Shown here: positions 40,539 through 50,229 of the stretch, piece by piece | Numbering within the stretch: the stretch's first letter is position 1 | Layout of the letters: each line of letters opens with the position of its first letter | DNA from: Eubacteriales bacterium | GTDB taxonomy: Bacteria; Bacillota; Clostridia; Oscillospirales; CAG-272 | Assembly: GCA_045656985.1 (NCBI GenBank) | Contig: JAZOSH010000017.1 | Span: 17,886 to 81,885, forward strand | Length of the DNA stretch: 64,000 nt | Direction: 5' to 3' | Program-made: the position numbers and the translations under genes | The notes under the pieces: model-generated | Databases searched by the model: none | Told to the model about the DNA's origin: nothing | The model's input: the letters and a program-made list of their open reading frames with translations, nothing else

Positions 40539-41924
40539 TTATTTTATTATTTTAATTTCAAAAGAATTTCTTATTGCCTCTCTTGCCTCTTCAACCGATG
40601 CAAACTCACCGTTTGCAATCATAAGACAAAGAAGATTTCCAAGAGAAGTTGCCTCAACGGGACCCGCGTATACCGTCATATTACAGTGTTTAGCAGTAAG
40701 CTCGTTAAGGAAGTTGTCCTGGCAACCGCCACCGAAAATATTTATGGTTTCATATCTGACACCCGACATTTCGGAGAGCTCTCTTATGGTATCAGCATAG
40801 CTTATAGCAAGACTGTGATATACGCAGCAAAGAAGCTCGTCAATAGGTAGCTCGGGAGCATTGCAATAATCGCGAATAGCACCTATCATCGTTTTGGGGG
40901 CGAGGAAGGCTTTATCATTAACATCAATTCTGTAGCTTGTATCACCAACTGCTCTTGCCATATCGCAAAGCTCTCCAAAGGAGTACTTATCGAGCTCCTT
41001 CTTAATGGATTGAATTATCCAAAGTCCCATAATATTCTTAAGAACTCTGTATGTATGGTTATATCCACCCTCGTTAGTTACATTGTTTTTCTCTGCAATC
41101 TCTGTTGCATAAGGAATCTTTGATTCAATGCCCATAAGTGACCATGTTCCGGAGCTGAGGTAAATTGACTTATCTGTGACAGCAGGAGACGCAAGATAAG
41201 CAGAAGCAGTGTCATGAGACGGAGCATGAAGAACAGTAAGATTGTAACCTACCTTCTCAGCAATTGCATCAGAAAGTTTTCCTACAACCTCGCCGGGCTG
41301 TGCAAGCTTGTGGAAGAGGCGTGTGGGATAGCCAAGCTTCTCAATAAGCTCTATATCCCATTCTCCTGTCTTGATATCAACAAGCTGTGTTGTTGAAGCA
41401 TTGGTATATTCTTGCGATTTAACACCCGTGAGACAGTAATTAAGAAGATCCGGTATCATAAGCAGGTCATCAGCAGTCTCAAGTTGCTCGGGAGACTCTG
41501 TCTTAACTGCCATAAGCTGATAAATGGTATTAAATATCTGCTTCTGTATTCCTGTTCTTGCGTAGACCTCGGAGGCAGATACTATCTTATATACCTCGTT
41601 GTCCATTTCGTCTGTTCTTGAATCACGGTATGCAACTGTATCACCTATAATAGCTCCGTTCTTATCAAGAAGCGCAAAGTCAACTCCCCATGTATCTATA
41701 CCAAGAAATTCAGGCTGTTTGCCTATTTCCTTACACTTTGCGATACCCGCAATTACATGAGAAAGAAGTCCGTCAAAATCCCAACATTTTTTGCCATTCT
41801 TTTCGGATGCACCGTTCGGAAAACGATAAACCTCCTCAAGAACTATTTTCCCGTTTTCAATGTGACCAAGTATGTGACGACCGCTTGATGCACCTATGTC
41901 AACAGCGAGATAATATGTAGACAT
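40539..41924 (-). CDS. rhaB: Rhamnulokinase
   Basis: FGGY kinase N-terminus YLAVDIGASSGRHILG and C-terminal INIFGGGCQDNFLNELTA. Adjacent to rhaA. Confidence 0.88.
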   Translation of the reverse strand: MSTYYLAVDIGASSGRHILGHIENGKIVLEEVYRFPNGASEKNGKKCWDFDGLLSHVIAGIAKCKEIGKQPEFLGIDTWGVDFALLDKNGAIIGDTVAYRDSRTDEMDNEVYKIVSASEVYARTGIQKQIFNTIYQLMAVKTESPEQLETADDLLMIPDLLNYCLTGVKSQEYTNASTTQLVDIKTGEWDIELIEKLGYPTRLFHKLAQPGEVVGKLSDAIAEKVGYNLTVLHAPSHDTASAYLASPAVTDKSIYLSSGTWSLMGIESKIPYATEIAEKNNVTNEGGYNHTYRVLKNIMGLWIIQSIKKELDKYSFGELCDMARAVGDTSYRIDVNDKAFLAPKTMIGAIRDYCNAPELPIDELLCCVYHSLAISYADTIRELSEMSGVRYETINIFGGGCQDNFLNELTAKHCNMTVYAGPVEATSLGNLLCLMIANGEFASVEEAREAIRNSFEIKIIK

Positions 41925-42096
41925 AAAAACCTCCTATATATAATAAATATACTTTTCTATAGTAAATTTTACCATATAATGAAGACATGTAAAAGGACTA
42001 ACTTTAGCAATATTTGTGTCTTTTTTTGCACTAGAAGTATTGATTTTTTATTATTTAGTGATATAATTAGCATATATCAATCATATGGAGGATAAG

Positions 42097-43080
42097 ATGA
42101 ACAAGGAAATACTTGCTAAACTCTCCGAAATAACCGAGGAGGAGCGCGGACTCTTAAGTACGGAAAAGAAAATAAAAACCAATATTTATTGGGGTGCAGG
42201 AAATTCCCAGGTTGAGATGTGTCGTGTTGCATTAAGCTCGGAGGGAGCTTCAAATTCTCCTGTTCTTGTAAGAACACATACCCGGTTTTCTGACTTCCCT
42301 GTCCATTCGCATGACTACATTGAGATGATGTATGTCTGTAGCGGGAATATTACACACATTATAGGCGAAAAAGAAATAAAGACCGAAAGTGGTGACATAA
42401 TTCTTCTTGGACGAAACACCCGTCATTCTCCAAAGCGTGCCGAGAGCTCTGACATTGGAATAAATATTATTATTTCTGCAGATTTCTTTGAAGCACTTAT
42501 AAATAAAATGAGGCTTGAAAATCTGATATCAGATCACCCGATTGACAACCTTCTGCAAAACGACGACTCTCAATATTATCTCTTTCATACAAAAGAGCTT
42601 TCTCATATAGAAAACCTTCTTGAAAATATTATCTCGTCAATTATTAACGAAAAAAGGATAATGCCATATATACTTGAGCGTGAGATGGAACTTCTTCTTT
42701 GTTATCTTTGCTTTATTCCCGAAGAGCTTACAGAACACTCAACTGTTATGATTTATTCAAACGAGATAAAAAGGATTGTTACAAATTATATTCAGACTAC
42801 ATATAAAAACGCCAATCTTGGTGACCTCGCTGTTCTTGTAGGCTTTACTCCAACCTATATGAGCCGCTGGATACGGAAGAATATGGACACTACATTTAAG
42901 GAGCTTTTACTTGAACAGCGCTTTGCTGTAGCATCTGATCTGCTTATAAGAACCAACATGTCGGTCAGCGACATACTCAACAGCGTAGGATATGAAAACA
43001 GCAGTTATTTTCATAAACAATTCATTGCCAGATTCGGTTTGACACCGAGAGAATTTAGAAAGCATCAAAACAACAAATAA
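42097..43080 (+). CDS. AraC-family transcriptional regulator (cupin + HTH), likely rhamnose regulator
   Basis: ATG 42097 after GGAGG. Cupin region (HSHDYIEMMYV). C-terminal AraC HTH (...GYENSSYFHKQFIARFGLTPREFR). Divergent from rhaBA. Confidence 0.85.
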   Translation: MNKEILAKLSEITEEERGLLSTEKKIKTNIYWGAGNSQVEMCRVALSSEGASNSPVLVRTHTRFSDFPVHSHDYIEMMYVCSGNITHIIGEKEIKTESGDIILLGRNTRHSPKRAESSDIGINIIISADFFEALINKMRLENLISDHPIDNLLQNDDSQYYLFHTKELSHIENLLENIISSIINEKRIMPYILEREMELLLCYLCFIPEELTEHSTVMIYSNEIKRIVTNYIQTTYKNANLGDLAVLVGFTPTYMSRWIRKNMDTTFKELLLEQRFAVASDLLIRTNMSVSDILNSVGYENSSYFHKQFIARFGLTPREFRKHQNNK

Positions 43081-43083
43081 AAA

Positions 43084-43117
43084 GAGTGCGCAGCAAAAGC
43101 TGCGCACTTCTTATTTT
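43084..43117. terminator. Bidirectional terminator (AraC gene / galM)
   Basis: AGTGCGCAGC-AAAA-GCTGCGCACT, then TCTTATTTT. Confidence 0.85.
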
Positions 43118-44172
43118 ACGGAAAATTTATATATCGTCGTATAATCGTATGTTTCACCTGCAGAAAGATAAACATTATTGAAATTATCATGATTTACGCT
43201 ATCAGGCATTTTTTGTGTTTCAAGACAAACAAGGGAGTATAAAGGCAAAACAGTTCCCTTCTTGAAGGGACAATCTTTAGGAGTAGCTTCATTAAAGCTA
43301 TAGATTTGTACACAAGGCTGATTTGTAAAAAGCTCCATATAGCGGCCGCTTTTTTTATCGTAAAGAGAACCGCGAAGCACAGGGGCTTTTGTCTCTCCTC
43401 CTGAAAAGACAAAGCAATGGTCATATCCGTTTGCATATTTAATACATATGTCCTCTGACTCAATATCCTTACCTATTTCCTTGGGGACTCTAAAATCAAA
43501 AGGTGTACCTTCAACTGATCTTATCTCTCCTGTAGGAATAAGCTCTTCGTCAGTAGGTAAAAAGCAATCTGCATCAAGCATCATTATCTGTTCGCGTATG
43601 CTACGGCTATCGTATCCGGCGAGATTGAAGTAGGCATGGTTAGTCATATTTATAGGAGTTTTTTTATCGGTAGTCGCTTTGTAATCAATGTACAATGAAT
43701 TATCTGCCTTAAGTGTGTATGTGACCTTGATTTTTAGTGTGCCTGGATAACCCTCCTCACCGTCAGGAGATGTATAGCTTAACACAAGAGAGGGCTCATC
43801 TCCGTCTATTTCTTGGGCATTCCATATTTTTTTATCAAACCCATTTTTTCCACCATGAAGATGGTTCCTACCGTCATTAGTGTAAAGAGTATATTTTTTT
43901 TCATCAAGAGAAAACTCTCCTTTTGCTATCCTGTTTGCATAACGACCGACGATTGCACCCTGATAGCTCTTACCACGAATGTACTCTTCAAGGGTATCAT
44001 AACCTGCAATTACATCTGCAAATTTACCCTCTCGGTCAACAACAGAGATAGAAACCAAGGTTGCCCCATAGTTCATTATTTTTATCTCACTATCAAGCGT
44101 ATTTTTTAAGGAAAAAATATATACATCTTGTCCGTCAGGACATTTGCCAAACAATTCTTTTTTTATGCTCAT
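43111..44172 (-). CDS. galM: Aldose 1-epimerase (galactose mutarotase)
   Basis: ATG 44172 (MSIKKELFG...) lies right after the galE stop. ...VGRYANRIAKGEF...NHLHGG...TNHAYFNL. Confidence 0.88.
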   Translation of the reverse strand: MSIKKELFGKCPDGQDVYIFSLKNTLDSEIKIMNYGATLVSISVVDREGKFADVIAGYDTLEEYIRGKSYQGAIVGRYANRIAKGEFSLDEKKYTLYTNDGRNHLHGGKNGFDKKIWNAQEIDGDEPSLVLSYTSPDGEEGYPGTLKIKVTYTLKADNSLYIDYKATTDKKTPINMTNHAYFNLAGYDSRSIREQIMMLDADCFLPTDEELIPTGEIRSVEGTPFDFRVPKEIGKDIESEDICIKYANGYDHCFVFSGGETKAPVLRGSLYDKKSGRYMELFTNQPCVQIYSFNEATPKDCPFKKGTVLPLYSLVCLETQKMPDSVNHDNFNNVYLSAGETYDYTTIYKFSVK

Positions 44173-44174
44173 AT

Positions 44175-45191
44175 TCAGTCTTCTCCATATCCGTCGGGAT
44201 TTTTGCTTTGCCAATTATAAGAGTCACGGCACATTTCGTCAATGCCGTATTCAGCACGCCATCCAAGTACCTCAAATGCTTTACCGGGATCTGCGTAGCA
44301 CTCGTCAATATCGCCTGCACGCCGGTCTGTGAACTTATAATTTATCTTTATTCCACTCGCTTTTTCATATGCAGCAACAATGTCAAGAACAGAGTATCCG
44401 TTGCCTGTTCCAATATTAAAATATTCAACGCTAGATACTTTTTCAGCCCTGTTAAGCGCACATACATGTGCTCTTGCAAGATCTACAACATGAATATAGT
44501 CGCGCACTCCTGTTCCGTCATGAGTCTTATAATCATTTCCAAATACGGATAGGCATTCTCTCTTACCTGATGCTACCTGCATAATATAAGGTAAAAGATT
44601 GTTTGGTATTCCCTTGGGATCCTCGCCTATCAAGCCACTTGAATGTGCACCGATAGGATTGAAATAACGAAGAATTGAAATACTCCACTCATTATCAGAT
44701 TTCCAAATGTCAGAAAGTATTCTTTCAATTACGAGTTTAGTCTCTCCATAAGGATTTTCGGTTGAAAGGGGGAAATCCTCACGAACAGGTACCGATGCAG
44801 GTCTACCATAAACAGTTGCTGATGAACTAAAAACAATTCTCTTGGCACCATATTTCTGCATCAGCGCACAGAGATTGAGCGTGCCTGTAATGTTATTATG
44901 ATAATACCAAAGTGGCTTCTGGCATGATTCTCCTACAGCCTTAAGACCAGCAAAATGGATACAGCTGTCTATCTTGTTTTCCTTGAAAACAGTCTCAAGA
45001 GCATCATAATCAAGAAGATCTATCTTATAGAACTTGAAGTCCTTACCTGTAATATCCCTTACTCTGTCAAGCGCTGTTTCCTTGCTATTTGAAAGATTGT
45101 CAACACAAATGATCTCTCTGCCAGAATTAAGGAACTCAACCATCGCATGCGTTCCGATATAGCCTGCTCCGCCCGTAATTAAAATTGCCAT
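44175..45191 (-). CDS. galE: UDP-glucose 4-epimerase
   Basis: ILITGGAGYIGTH Rossmann motif, YGETK (YxxxK), 338 aa. Confidence 0.95.
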   Translation of the reverse strand: MAILITGGAGYIGTHAMVEFLNSGREIICVDNLSNSKETALDRVRDITGKDFKFYKIDLLDYDALETVFKENKIDSCIHFAGLKAVGESCQKPLWYYHNNITGTLNLCALMQKYGAKRIVFSSSATVYGRPASVPVREDFPLSTENPYGETKLVIERILSDIWKSDNEWSISILRYFNPIGAHSSGLIGEDPKGIPNNLLPYIMQVASGKRECLSVFGNDYKTHDGTGVRDYIHVVDLARAHVCALNRAEKVSSVEYFNIGTGNGYSVLDIVAAYEKASGIKINYKFTDRRAGDIDECYADPGKAFEVLGWRAEYGIDEMCRDSYNWQSKNPDGYGED

Positions 45192-45209
45192 ATTTTTTTT
45201 CCTTTCCTT

Positions 45210-46106
45210 TTAGTTAAGCATTGACGGATAAACGCCGTTTGAAACAAGCTTGCTTATTCCGTCCTTAACATATTCTTTGTCTTCCTTATAGGTTACTCCG
45301 TACCAAAGATCGTCTGTTCTGTACACAAAAACATCACATATTTTTGTTGATATCATTTCTTCTACCGCAAAGGGCAGATAATATTCTGAATCGATCTCAT
45401 TTCCGTGCTTTTCAAGAAATTTTTTAAATCCATTATAAACATGGTCAAAAACATCTGGAGTAAAGCCCCAACAATTCATTGAAACAGTTGTTTTAGGAGA
45501 TATAACATATTCGCTTCCATCAAGTTCATAAAAAATAACTCCGTCTTTTATTGATATCTTCTTTCTCTCAACTATCCCTGTAAGCTTATTATCTCTTGAT
45601 AAGGTGCAGACCCCCCTTGAAACACTTCCATTTTCGGTCAGTGTGTTTTCAACCTCATAGCCGATCATACAGTAGCGTGGTTTTCTTGTTCGCTTACCTG
45701 ACGAAAAATGCTCAGCAAGTCTCAAAAATGCTGTTCTGCCATAAAAATCATCTGAATTTATAACTGCAAATGGCTCTTTCACAAGATGTCTTGCAGCCAG
45801 CATTGCGTGTGATGTTCCCCATGGTTTCACTCTTCCTTGCGGCACTGTGAATCCTTCAGGAAGATCATCAAGTGATTGGAAGACATATTCAACATTTATC
45901 TTATTCTCAAACCTTTTTCCAATGGTGTCCTTGAATGTGTCATAATTCTCTTTTTTTATTACAAAAACTACTTTGTCGAATCCTGCTCCGATGGCATCAT
46001 AGACAGAAAAATCAATGATAAATTCACCGTTTTTTCCTACAGGATCTATTTGCTTAAGTCCGCCGTAACGGGAGCCCATTCCTGCTGCTAAAATAACAAG
46101 AGTCAT
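45210..46106 (-). CDS. Sugar-phosphate nucleotidyltransferase (non-GalU type, substrate unknown)
   Basis: N-terminal LVILAAGMGSRYGGLKQ nucleotidyltransferase loop. 298 aa. First gene of the string with galE-galM. Confidence 0.7.
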   Translation of the reverse strand: MTLVILAAGMGSRYGGLKQIDPVGKNGEFIIDFSVYDAIGAGFDKVVFVIKKENYDTFKDTIGKRFENKINVEYVFQSLDDLPEGFTVPQGRVKPWGTSHAMLAARHLVKEPFAVINSDDFYGRTAFLRLAEHFSSGKRTRKPRYCMIGYEVENTLTENGSVSRGVCTLSRDNKLTGIVERKKISIKDGVIFYELDGSEYVISPKTTVSMNCWGFTPDVFDHVYNGFKKFLEKHGNEIDSEYYLPFAVEEMISTKICDVFVYRTDDLWYGVTYKEDKEYVKDGISKLVSNGVYPSMLN

Positions 46107-46274
46107 ATTCGTCTCCTAACAATAAAATACATATAAATTATATCACAGTAGCTTATTATTTGAGTAAGCTTTGATTCTTTGTTTACATTTTGTTTACATC
46201 TTTTTTATACACCCTATTGACTGTCTTTTTAAAATATGTTATAATGTCTCAAATGAGACACTCACGGAGGTCGT

Positions 46275-46949
46275 ATGAATATCTATGATATAATTCCAAG
46301 TATATCTCAAAACGGTATTTTTAAAGGCGCAGACAAGGAAATTGTTTGTAAATATCTTTCAGACAAAAGTTTATCAATATGTAAGTACACCTCAAAAGAA
46401 ACTATCATTTCTCCTGATACAAAGGATGTAAAAATAGGTATAATTTTAAATGGAACAGTGGAGATCACCTCGCTTGAGTCTTCAAGCAAGGTCCTTTTAA
46501 AAACGGCAGGACGGGGTGCTATGTTTGGTGTAGCAAATCTATATGCAAGGGATTCACTATTTCCCACTTGTATAACTGCAAGATGTGACACAGAGGTGCT
46601 TTTAATTGCTCCTGATGCCTTTAGAAATATGCTTGAATCCTCTCCCATTTTAATGAAAAATTTTCTTGAATTTCTTACTAAAAAGATAGTTTATCTTAAT
46701 AAAAAGATAGTTTCCTATACTGCTGGAAATGCAGAGCAAAAGGTTGCTTATTTTCTTTGCGAAAATGCGGTTGAGGGTGTTGTTGAGACCGACATGAGTT
46801 TTTGTGATATAGCTATAATGCTAAATATGGGGCGCGCCTCATTGTACCGTTCCTTTGATTCCCTTGAAAAAGAGAAAATAATTGAGAGAAACGGACGAAT
46901 AATAAAAATTCTAGATAAAACAAAATTAAAAAATATATATTCAATTTAA
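46275..46949 (+). CDS. Crp/Fnr-family transcriptional regulator
   Basis: cNMP-binding-like beta-roll, then a C-terminal HTH (...DIAIMLNMGRASLYRSFDSLEKEKII). No N-terminal Cys cluster. Confidence 0.85.
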   Translation: MNIYDIIPSISQNGIFKGADKEIVCKYLSDKSLSICKYTSKETIISPDTKDVKIGIILNGTVEITSLESSSKVLLKTAGRGAMFGVANLYARDSLFPTCITARCDTEVLLIAPDAFRNMLESSPILMKNFLEFLTKKIVYLNKKIVSYTAGNAEQKVAYFLCENAVEGVVETDMSFCDIAIMLNMGRASLYRSFDSLEKEKIIERNGRIIKILDKTKLKNIYSI

Positions 46950-46964
46950 AAGGAGACACACAAA

Positions 46965-47954
46965 ATGAAAACAACTACAAAGCTTTTATCCCTTATTATG
47001 GCGGTTATACTTGCGCTTACAATGGTGGCGTGTACAAATAATGCCGATACTTCCCTTGAAATAAAGATAAATATGCTTAACGGAACAACCGCACTTGGTA
47101 TGGCCCAAATGATAACCGATGCCAAAAACGATGCAGATGATATGAATTACAACATTGAGCTATTTCCTTCGGCAGACGGCATCACAGGTCCTATTGTTTC
47201 GGGTGAATGTCATATTGCCGCCCTTCCCACCAATGTTGCCGCAAGACTTTACAAGGCGAGTGGAGGAAAAATACAGCTTCTCGCTGTAAACACACTTGGT
47301 GTTTTATATCTCTTGCAGAATGGCGTGAGCATCAACGATTTCAATGACCTCAAGGGCAAAACAATATATCTCCCTGGAGGCGGTTCAAATCCTGAATATA
47401 TAACAGCAGCACTTCTTGAAGCAAACGGGCTTACAGTAGGTGAGGATGTTTACCTTGACACAACCTCTTATCCCTCTCCCGATGCGCTTCAAACCGCTCT
47501 TGTAAGTAATATTGAAGGTGTCGAACTGGCGGTTCTCCCCGAGCCTAAGGTTACCGTTACAAGAATAAATAATTCTTCTGTTGAGGTTGCAATGAACTTT
47601 ACAGAGAAATGGGAAGCAGTGTACGGCAAAAACACACTTGTTCAGGGATGTCTTGTAGTAAATACTGAATTTGCCAAAGCTCACCCTGCAGAAATTGAGA
47701 AATTCCTTGAGGATTACAAAGCCTCTGTGGAATTTATCGCAGCAGGAAGTGATGAGGCTATCGCAAACATTGTTTCTGCAGGTATTCTTCCCAAGGAAGC
47801 TATTGCCAAGAAAGCCCTTCCAAACTGCAATATCTGCTTTATTAATGGCGAAGATATGAAAACAGCCATATCTGTATTTTACGAAAAGCTCTACGAGGCT
47901 GATAACTCGTCTATCGTTGCCATTCCCGACGATGGATTCTATTACTCTAAATGA
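46965..47954 (+). CDS. ABC transporter substrate-binding lipoprotein (NMT1/SsuA-like)
   Basis: Signal peptide plus lipobox LTMVAC. 329 aa. Followed by permease and ATPase genes. Confidence 0.75.
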   Translation: MKTTTKLLSLIMAVILALTMVACTNNADTSLEIKINMLNGTTALGMAQMITDAKNDADDMNYNIELFPSADGITGPIVSGECHIAALPTNVAARLYKASGGKIQLLAVNTLGVLYLLQNGVSINDFNDLKGKTIYLPGGGSNPEYITAALLEANGLTVGEDVYLDTTSYPSPDALQTALVSNIEGVELAVLPEPKVTVTRINNSSVEVAMNFTEKWEAVYGKNTLVQGCLVVNTEFAKAHPAEIEKFLEDYKASVEFIAAGSDEAIANIVSAGILPKEAIAKKALPNCNICFINGEDMKTAISVFYEKLYEADNSSIVAIPDDGFYYSK

Positions 47955-48727
47955 ATTTTAAACCACAAAAAATACTTCAAGCTCTCTTTTCAATTCTCTT
48001 TTGGGTGGCAATATGGGCAATAATTGCCTATAAAATAGGTATTACCTTTTTATTGCCATCGCCAAAGGAGACACTTGACGCACTTATTGAGCTTATTTCC
48101 ACAAGTGACTTTTGGAGCATCTCGTTACATTCAATAGTAAGAATATTTTACGGAATAGTAATTGCAATACTGTTCGGTATTTTACTTGCTGTTTTTACAA
48201 CCCAGTTTTCCATTATTGATACCCTAATGGCTCCTGTAATGAGTGCGGTAAAAGCTACACCGATAGCTTCCTTTATAATTCTTGCTTTTTATTGGTTTGA
48301 TAAAAGTCAACTTCCGGTATTCATAACAATACTTATAGTTTTACCTATCGTATTGACAAATATAGGTACAGGAATTCGCACCGTAAACAAAGAATTAACA
48401 GAGGTTTCGAATGTATACGGACTTGGATTACTAAAGCGCTTGACAAAGCTATATATACCTAGCATTATGCCCTATTTCCTTTCCGCTTGCCGTTCAGCAC
48501 TTGGTATGGCATGGAAAGCGGGTATTGCGGCAGAGGTCATATGTTGTCCCAAATACGCAATAGGAACAGAGCTTCAAAATGCCAAAACATATATGAAGAT
48601 GCCTGAAATGTTTGCATGGACAGTAACGGTCATCATTTTCAGTCTTATAATTGAAAAAATATTTATATATCTAATTACAAAGCTTTCGGCAAGACTTCAT
48701 ACTTCCTCAGAGGAGGTAAAGTTATGA
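47951..48727 (+). CDS. ABC transporter permease (SsuC/TauC-like)
   Basis: Six hydrophobic segments. ATGA overlap with the SBP gene. Confidence 0.8.
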   Translation: MNFKPQKILQALFSILFWVAIWAIIAYKIGITFLLPSPKETLDALIELISTSDFWSISLHSIVRIFYGIVIAILFGILLAVFTTQFSIIDTLMAPVMSAVKATPIASFIILAFYWFDKSQLPVFITILIVLPIVLTNIGTGIRTVNKELTEVSNVYGLGLLKRLTKLYIPSIMPYFLSACRSALGMAWKAGIAAEVICCPKYAIGTELQNAKTYMKMPEMFAWTVTVIIFSLIIEKIFIYLITKLSARLHTSSEEVKL

Positions 48728-49350
48728 TATCCATTAATAATGTTTCTGTAGCTTATCAGAATAAGTCTGTTTTAGATGGTCTTTCTTTTATCTTTGAAGA
48801 TGGAAGAAAATATGCTATTATGGGGGAGTCTGGCTGTGGAAAGACAACTCTACTCAACACCATAGCTGGTTTGATAAAACCTAATAAGGGCAATATTATT
48901 TCTGATAAACAAAAAATAGCTTATGTCTTTCAGGATCCCCGTCTCTTCCCTTGGCTCACTGTTATGCAGAATATAACGCTTGTCAGTTCTCTTCCACCAA
49001 AAGAGGCACAAGAAAAAGCGATGGATATTCTTCGTAATTTGGGACTTGAGGACTCTGCCGATAAATATCCGGAGGAGCTTTCGGGCGGAATGAAGCAACG
49101 AGTGTCAATTGCACGAGCTCTTGTATATGACTATGATATACTTTTACTCGACGAGCCATTCCGTGCTTTAGACGAAGACACCGCCCAAAAAACGGCAAAG
49201 TATATCTTCACAGACGCAAAGGAAAAGACTGTAATATTTGTTACTCATGACAAGAACGACATAAAATATGCTGACTGTCTGCTTCTCACCAACAGCTCGC
49301 CAATATCTAGATTTGATATGGTAAAAAGTGACACCCCAACTACTGAATAA
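48724..49350 (+). CDS. ABC transporter ATP-binding protein (short, 208 aa)
   Basis: Walker A GESGCGKTT, signature LSGGMKQR, Walker B ILLLDEP. Confidence 0.9.
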   Translation: MISINNVSVAYQNKSVLDGLSFIFEDGRKYAIMGESGCGKTTLLNTIAGLIKPNKGNIISDKQKIAYVFQDPRLFPWLTVMQNITLVSSLPPKEAQEKAMDILRNLGLEDSADKYPEELSGGMKQRVSIARALVYDYDILLLDEPFRALDEDTAQKTAKYIFTDAKEKTVIFVTHDKNDIKYADCLLLTNSSPISRFDMVKSDTPTTE

Positions 49351-49368
49351 TAAATAAAGCCGTAAGGC

Positions 49369-49415
49369 AATACTCCCGATAAGAGCGAAAATAATCGCTT
49401 TATCGGGAGTATTTT
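49369..49415 (+). terminator. Strong hairpin: terminator of the ABC operon that also contains the sigG Shine-Dalgarno
   Basis: AATACTCCCGATAA (49369-49382) pairs perfectly with TTATCGGGAGTATT (49400-49413), plus a 4-bp inner stem, then TTT and ATG. Confidence 0.8.
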
Positions 49416-50189
49416 ATGTATTATAATAAGGTTGAAATTTGCGGTGTAAACACATCAAACCTCAAGGTATTGTCAGATGAAGAAAAGAAGGTGCTTCTTG
49501 AAAAAACAAAGGAAGGCGATACAAAAGCAAGACAGGAACTTATATACGGAAATTTAAGACTGGTATTAAGTATAATTCAACGCTTCAGCAATCGCAAGGA
49601 GAATATGGATGATCTTTTTCAGGTAGGATGCATAGGGCTTATTAAAGCGGTAGACAATTTCAAGACAGAATTTGATGTAAAATTCTCAACCTATGCAGTA
49701 CCAATGATAATAGGAGAGATAAGACGCTATCTGAGGGATAATAACACCATTAGAATAAGTCGTTCTGTAAGGGACCTTGCATATCGCGCTTTGCAGGCGC
49801 GCGAGGAGCTTGTGGGAGAAAAAGAAAGTGATCCTACCGTTGAAGAAATAGCTAAAAGGCTTGGTGAGAGCAAAGAGGCTGTTGTACGCGCTATGGATGC
49901 TATAATTGAACCGATCTCACTTTATGAGCCTGTATACAGCGAGAATGGTGATTCTATATATGTCATGGATCAGTTGAGCGACAGTGATAGCTCCGACGAA
50001 ATATGGCGTGAAAATATAGTTTTAAGGGAAGCAATGAGCAAGCTCACCGAAAGAGAGCGCACAATTATCAATATGAGATATTATAAAAATAAAACTCAAA
50101 TGGAGATAGCTGAAGAGATAGGCATTTCTCAAGCGCAAGTATCAAGACTTGAAAAGGGTGCGCTTGAGCATATGAGAAAGCAGCTGTAA
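49416..50189 (+). CDS. sigG: Forespore RNA polymerase sigma factor SigG
   Basis: MYYNKVEICGVNTSNLKVL...GNLRLVLSIIQRF...DDLFQVGCIGLIKAVDNF...FSTYAVPMIIGEIRRYLRDNNTIRISRS closely parallels B. subtilis SigG (MSRNKVEICGVDTSKLPVL...). Confidence 0.9.
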   Translation: MYYNKVEICGVNTSNLKVLSDEEKKVLLEKTKEGDTKARQELIYGNLRLVLSIIQRFSNRKENMDDLFQVGCIGLIKAVDNFKTEFDVKFSTYAVPMIIGEIRRYLRDNNTIRISRSVRDLAYRALQAREELVGEKESDPTVEEIAKRLGESKEAVVRAMDAIIEPISLYEPVYSENGDSIYVMDQLSDSDSSDEIWRENIVLREAMSKLTERERTIINMRYYKNKTQMEIAEEIGISQAQVSRLEKGALEHMRKQL

Positions 50190-50193
50190 AATA

Positions 50194-50228
50194 AGCGCGG
50201 CACATAATTAGTGCCGCGCTTGTTTTTA
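50194..50228. terminator. Bidirectional terminator (sigG / gltS-like)
   Basis: AAGCGCGGCAC-ATAATTA-GTGCCGCGCTT, then GTTTTTAT. Confidence 0.88.
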
Positions 50229-50229
50229 T

